A DNA stretch of 64,000 nt. It comes from Methanobacteriota archaeon (lineage in GTDB: Archaea; Undinarchaeota; Undinarchaeia; Undinarchaeales; Undinarchaeaceae). Positions within the stretch are counted from its first letter, which is position 1. Each line of letters begins with the position of its first letter. Below are positions 63,687-64,000 of this stretch, in pieces. The stretch lies in contig NZBN01000007.1 in the NCBI GenBank assembly GCA_002687935.1, positions 37,030 through 101,029 on the forward strand, written 5' to 3'. The position numbers and the translations under genes were made by a program. The notes beneath the pieces are model-generated. The model searched no databases, was not told the DNA's origin, and worked only from the letters and a program-made list of their open reading frames with translations.

Positions 63687-64000
63687 TTATTCTGAATCAG
63701 CTTTCAGATATTTTTGTATTTTTTTGTAATCTTCCTGTGTCAATTCATTATTTTTTAGTCCGTATTCCAGTGTTTCACTGAGTGTTGCGAGTGAGTGGAG
63801 TTCAATTCCCAGATTTTTCAGCCTCTTACGACCTCCCTGCTCTCTGTCGAAAACTACAAGACAGTGTTCCACAGTCGCGCCTGAATTTCTAATTCCTTCT
63901 ACAAAAGAGTCTTTACTGTATCCGCTCGTTATTAGATCCTCAACCAAAAGTACTTTCTTCCCTGCATCCATCGAACCCTCAATTTGCGATGTTCTTCCAT
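63687..64000 (-). CDS. pyrE: orotate phosphoribosyltransferase-like PRTase, 5' part beyond window
   Basis: IEG...GKKVLLVEDLITSG.S and VVFDREQGG motifs; frame open to the window end. Confidence 0.8.
   Translation of the reverse strand, partial: GRTSQIEGSMDAGKKVLLVEDLITSGYSKDSFVEGIRNSGATVEHCLVVFDREQGGRKRLKNLGIELHSLATLSETLEYGLKNNELTQEDYKKIQKYLKADSE

Overview
Archaeal chromosomal segment: TBP, MCM, RFC, TopoVI, Nop5/fibrillarin, thermosome, Rpo6, S17e and aIF1A/aIF2-beta are all present. The compact gene packing and many small membrane or pilin-like ORFs suggest a DPANN-type lineage such as Undinarchaeota or Altiarchaeota; that is inference, not tested by phylogeny. Contents are mostly housekeeping: argS, carAB, glmU-like, tmk, gdh, hisS, LplA/B, a mevalonate/ether-lipid cluster, dph6, pyrH, a type IV pilus operon, rfcLS, uppS/GGR, mtnP-apt-ahcY and top6BA. 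There are six intron-less tRNAs without encoded CCA (Arg-CCT, Arg-TCG, Arg-TCT, Pro-TGG, His-GTG, Asn-GTT). I saw no CRISPR array, integrase, transposase or intein. Elements missing from the ORF track: an M20 peptidase tail, SecG/Sec61-beta, a DUF5679-like Cys-rich miniprotein, a CxxC-x17-CxxC miniprotein and a box C/D guide RNA. Most notable: (1) the 59-nt double-guide C/D sRNA matches the 16S decoding site (predicting Cm1402) and the 23S peptidyl-transferase loop (predicting Am2503). (2) A Lys-rich H1-like ORF continues into ArgRS after a single -1 shift at AAA-AGG-CGC, within a cluster of three tRNA-Arg genes. (3) Two tandem pilin-signal proteins with FG-GAP-like repeats look like adhesins for the nearby pilus system. 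(4) TBP carries a 9x9-bp tandem-repeat N-terminal tail.
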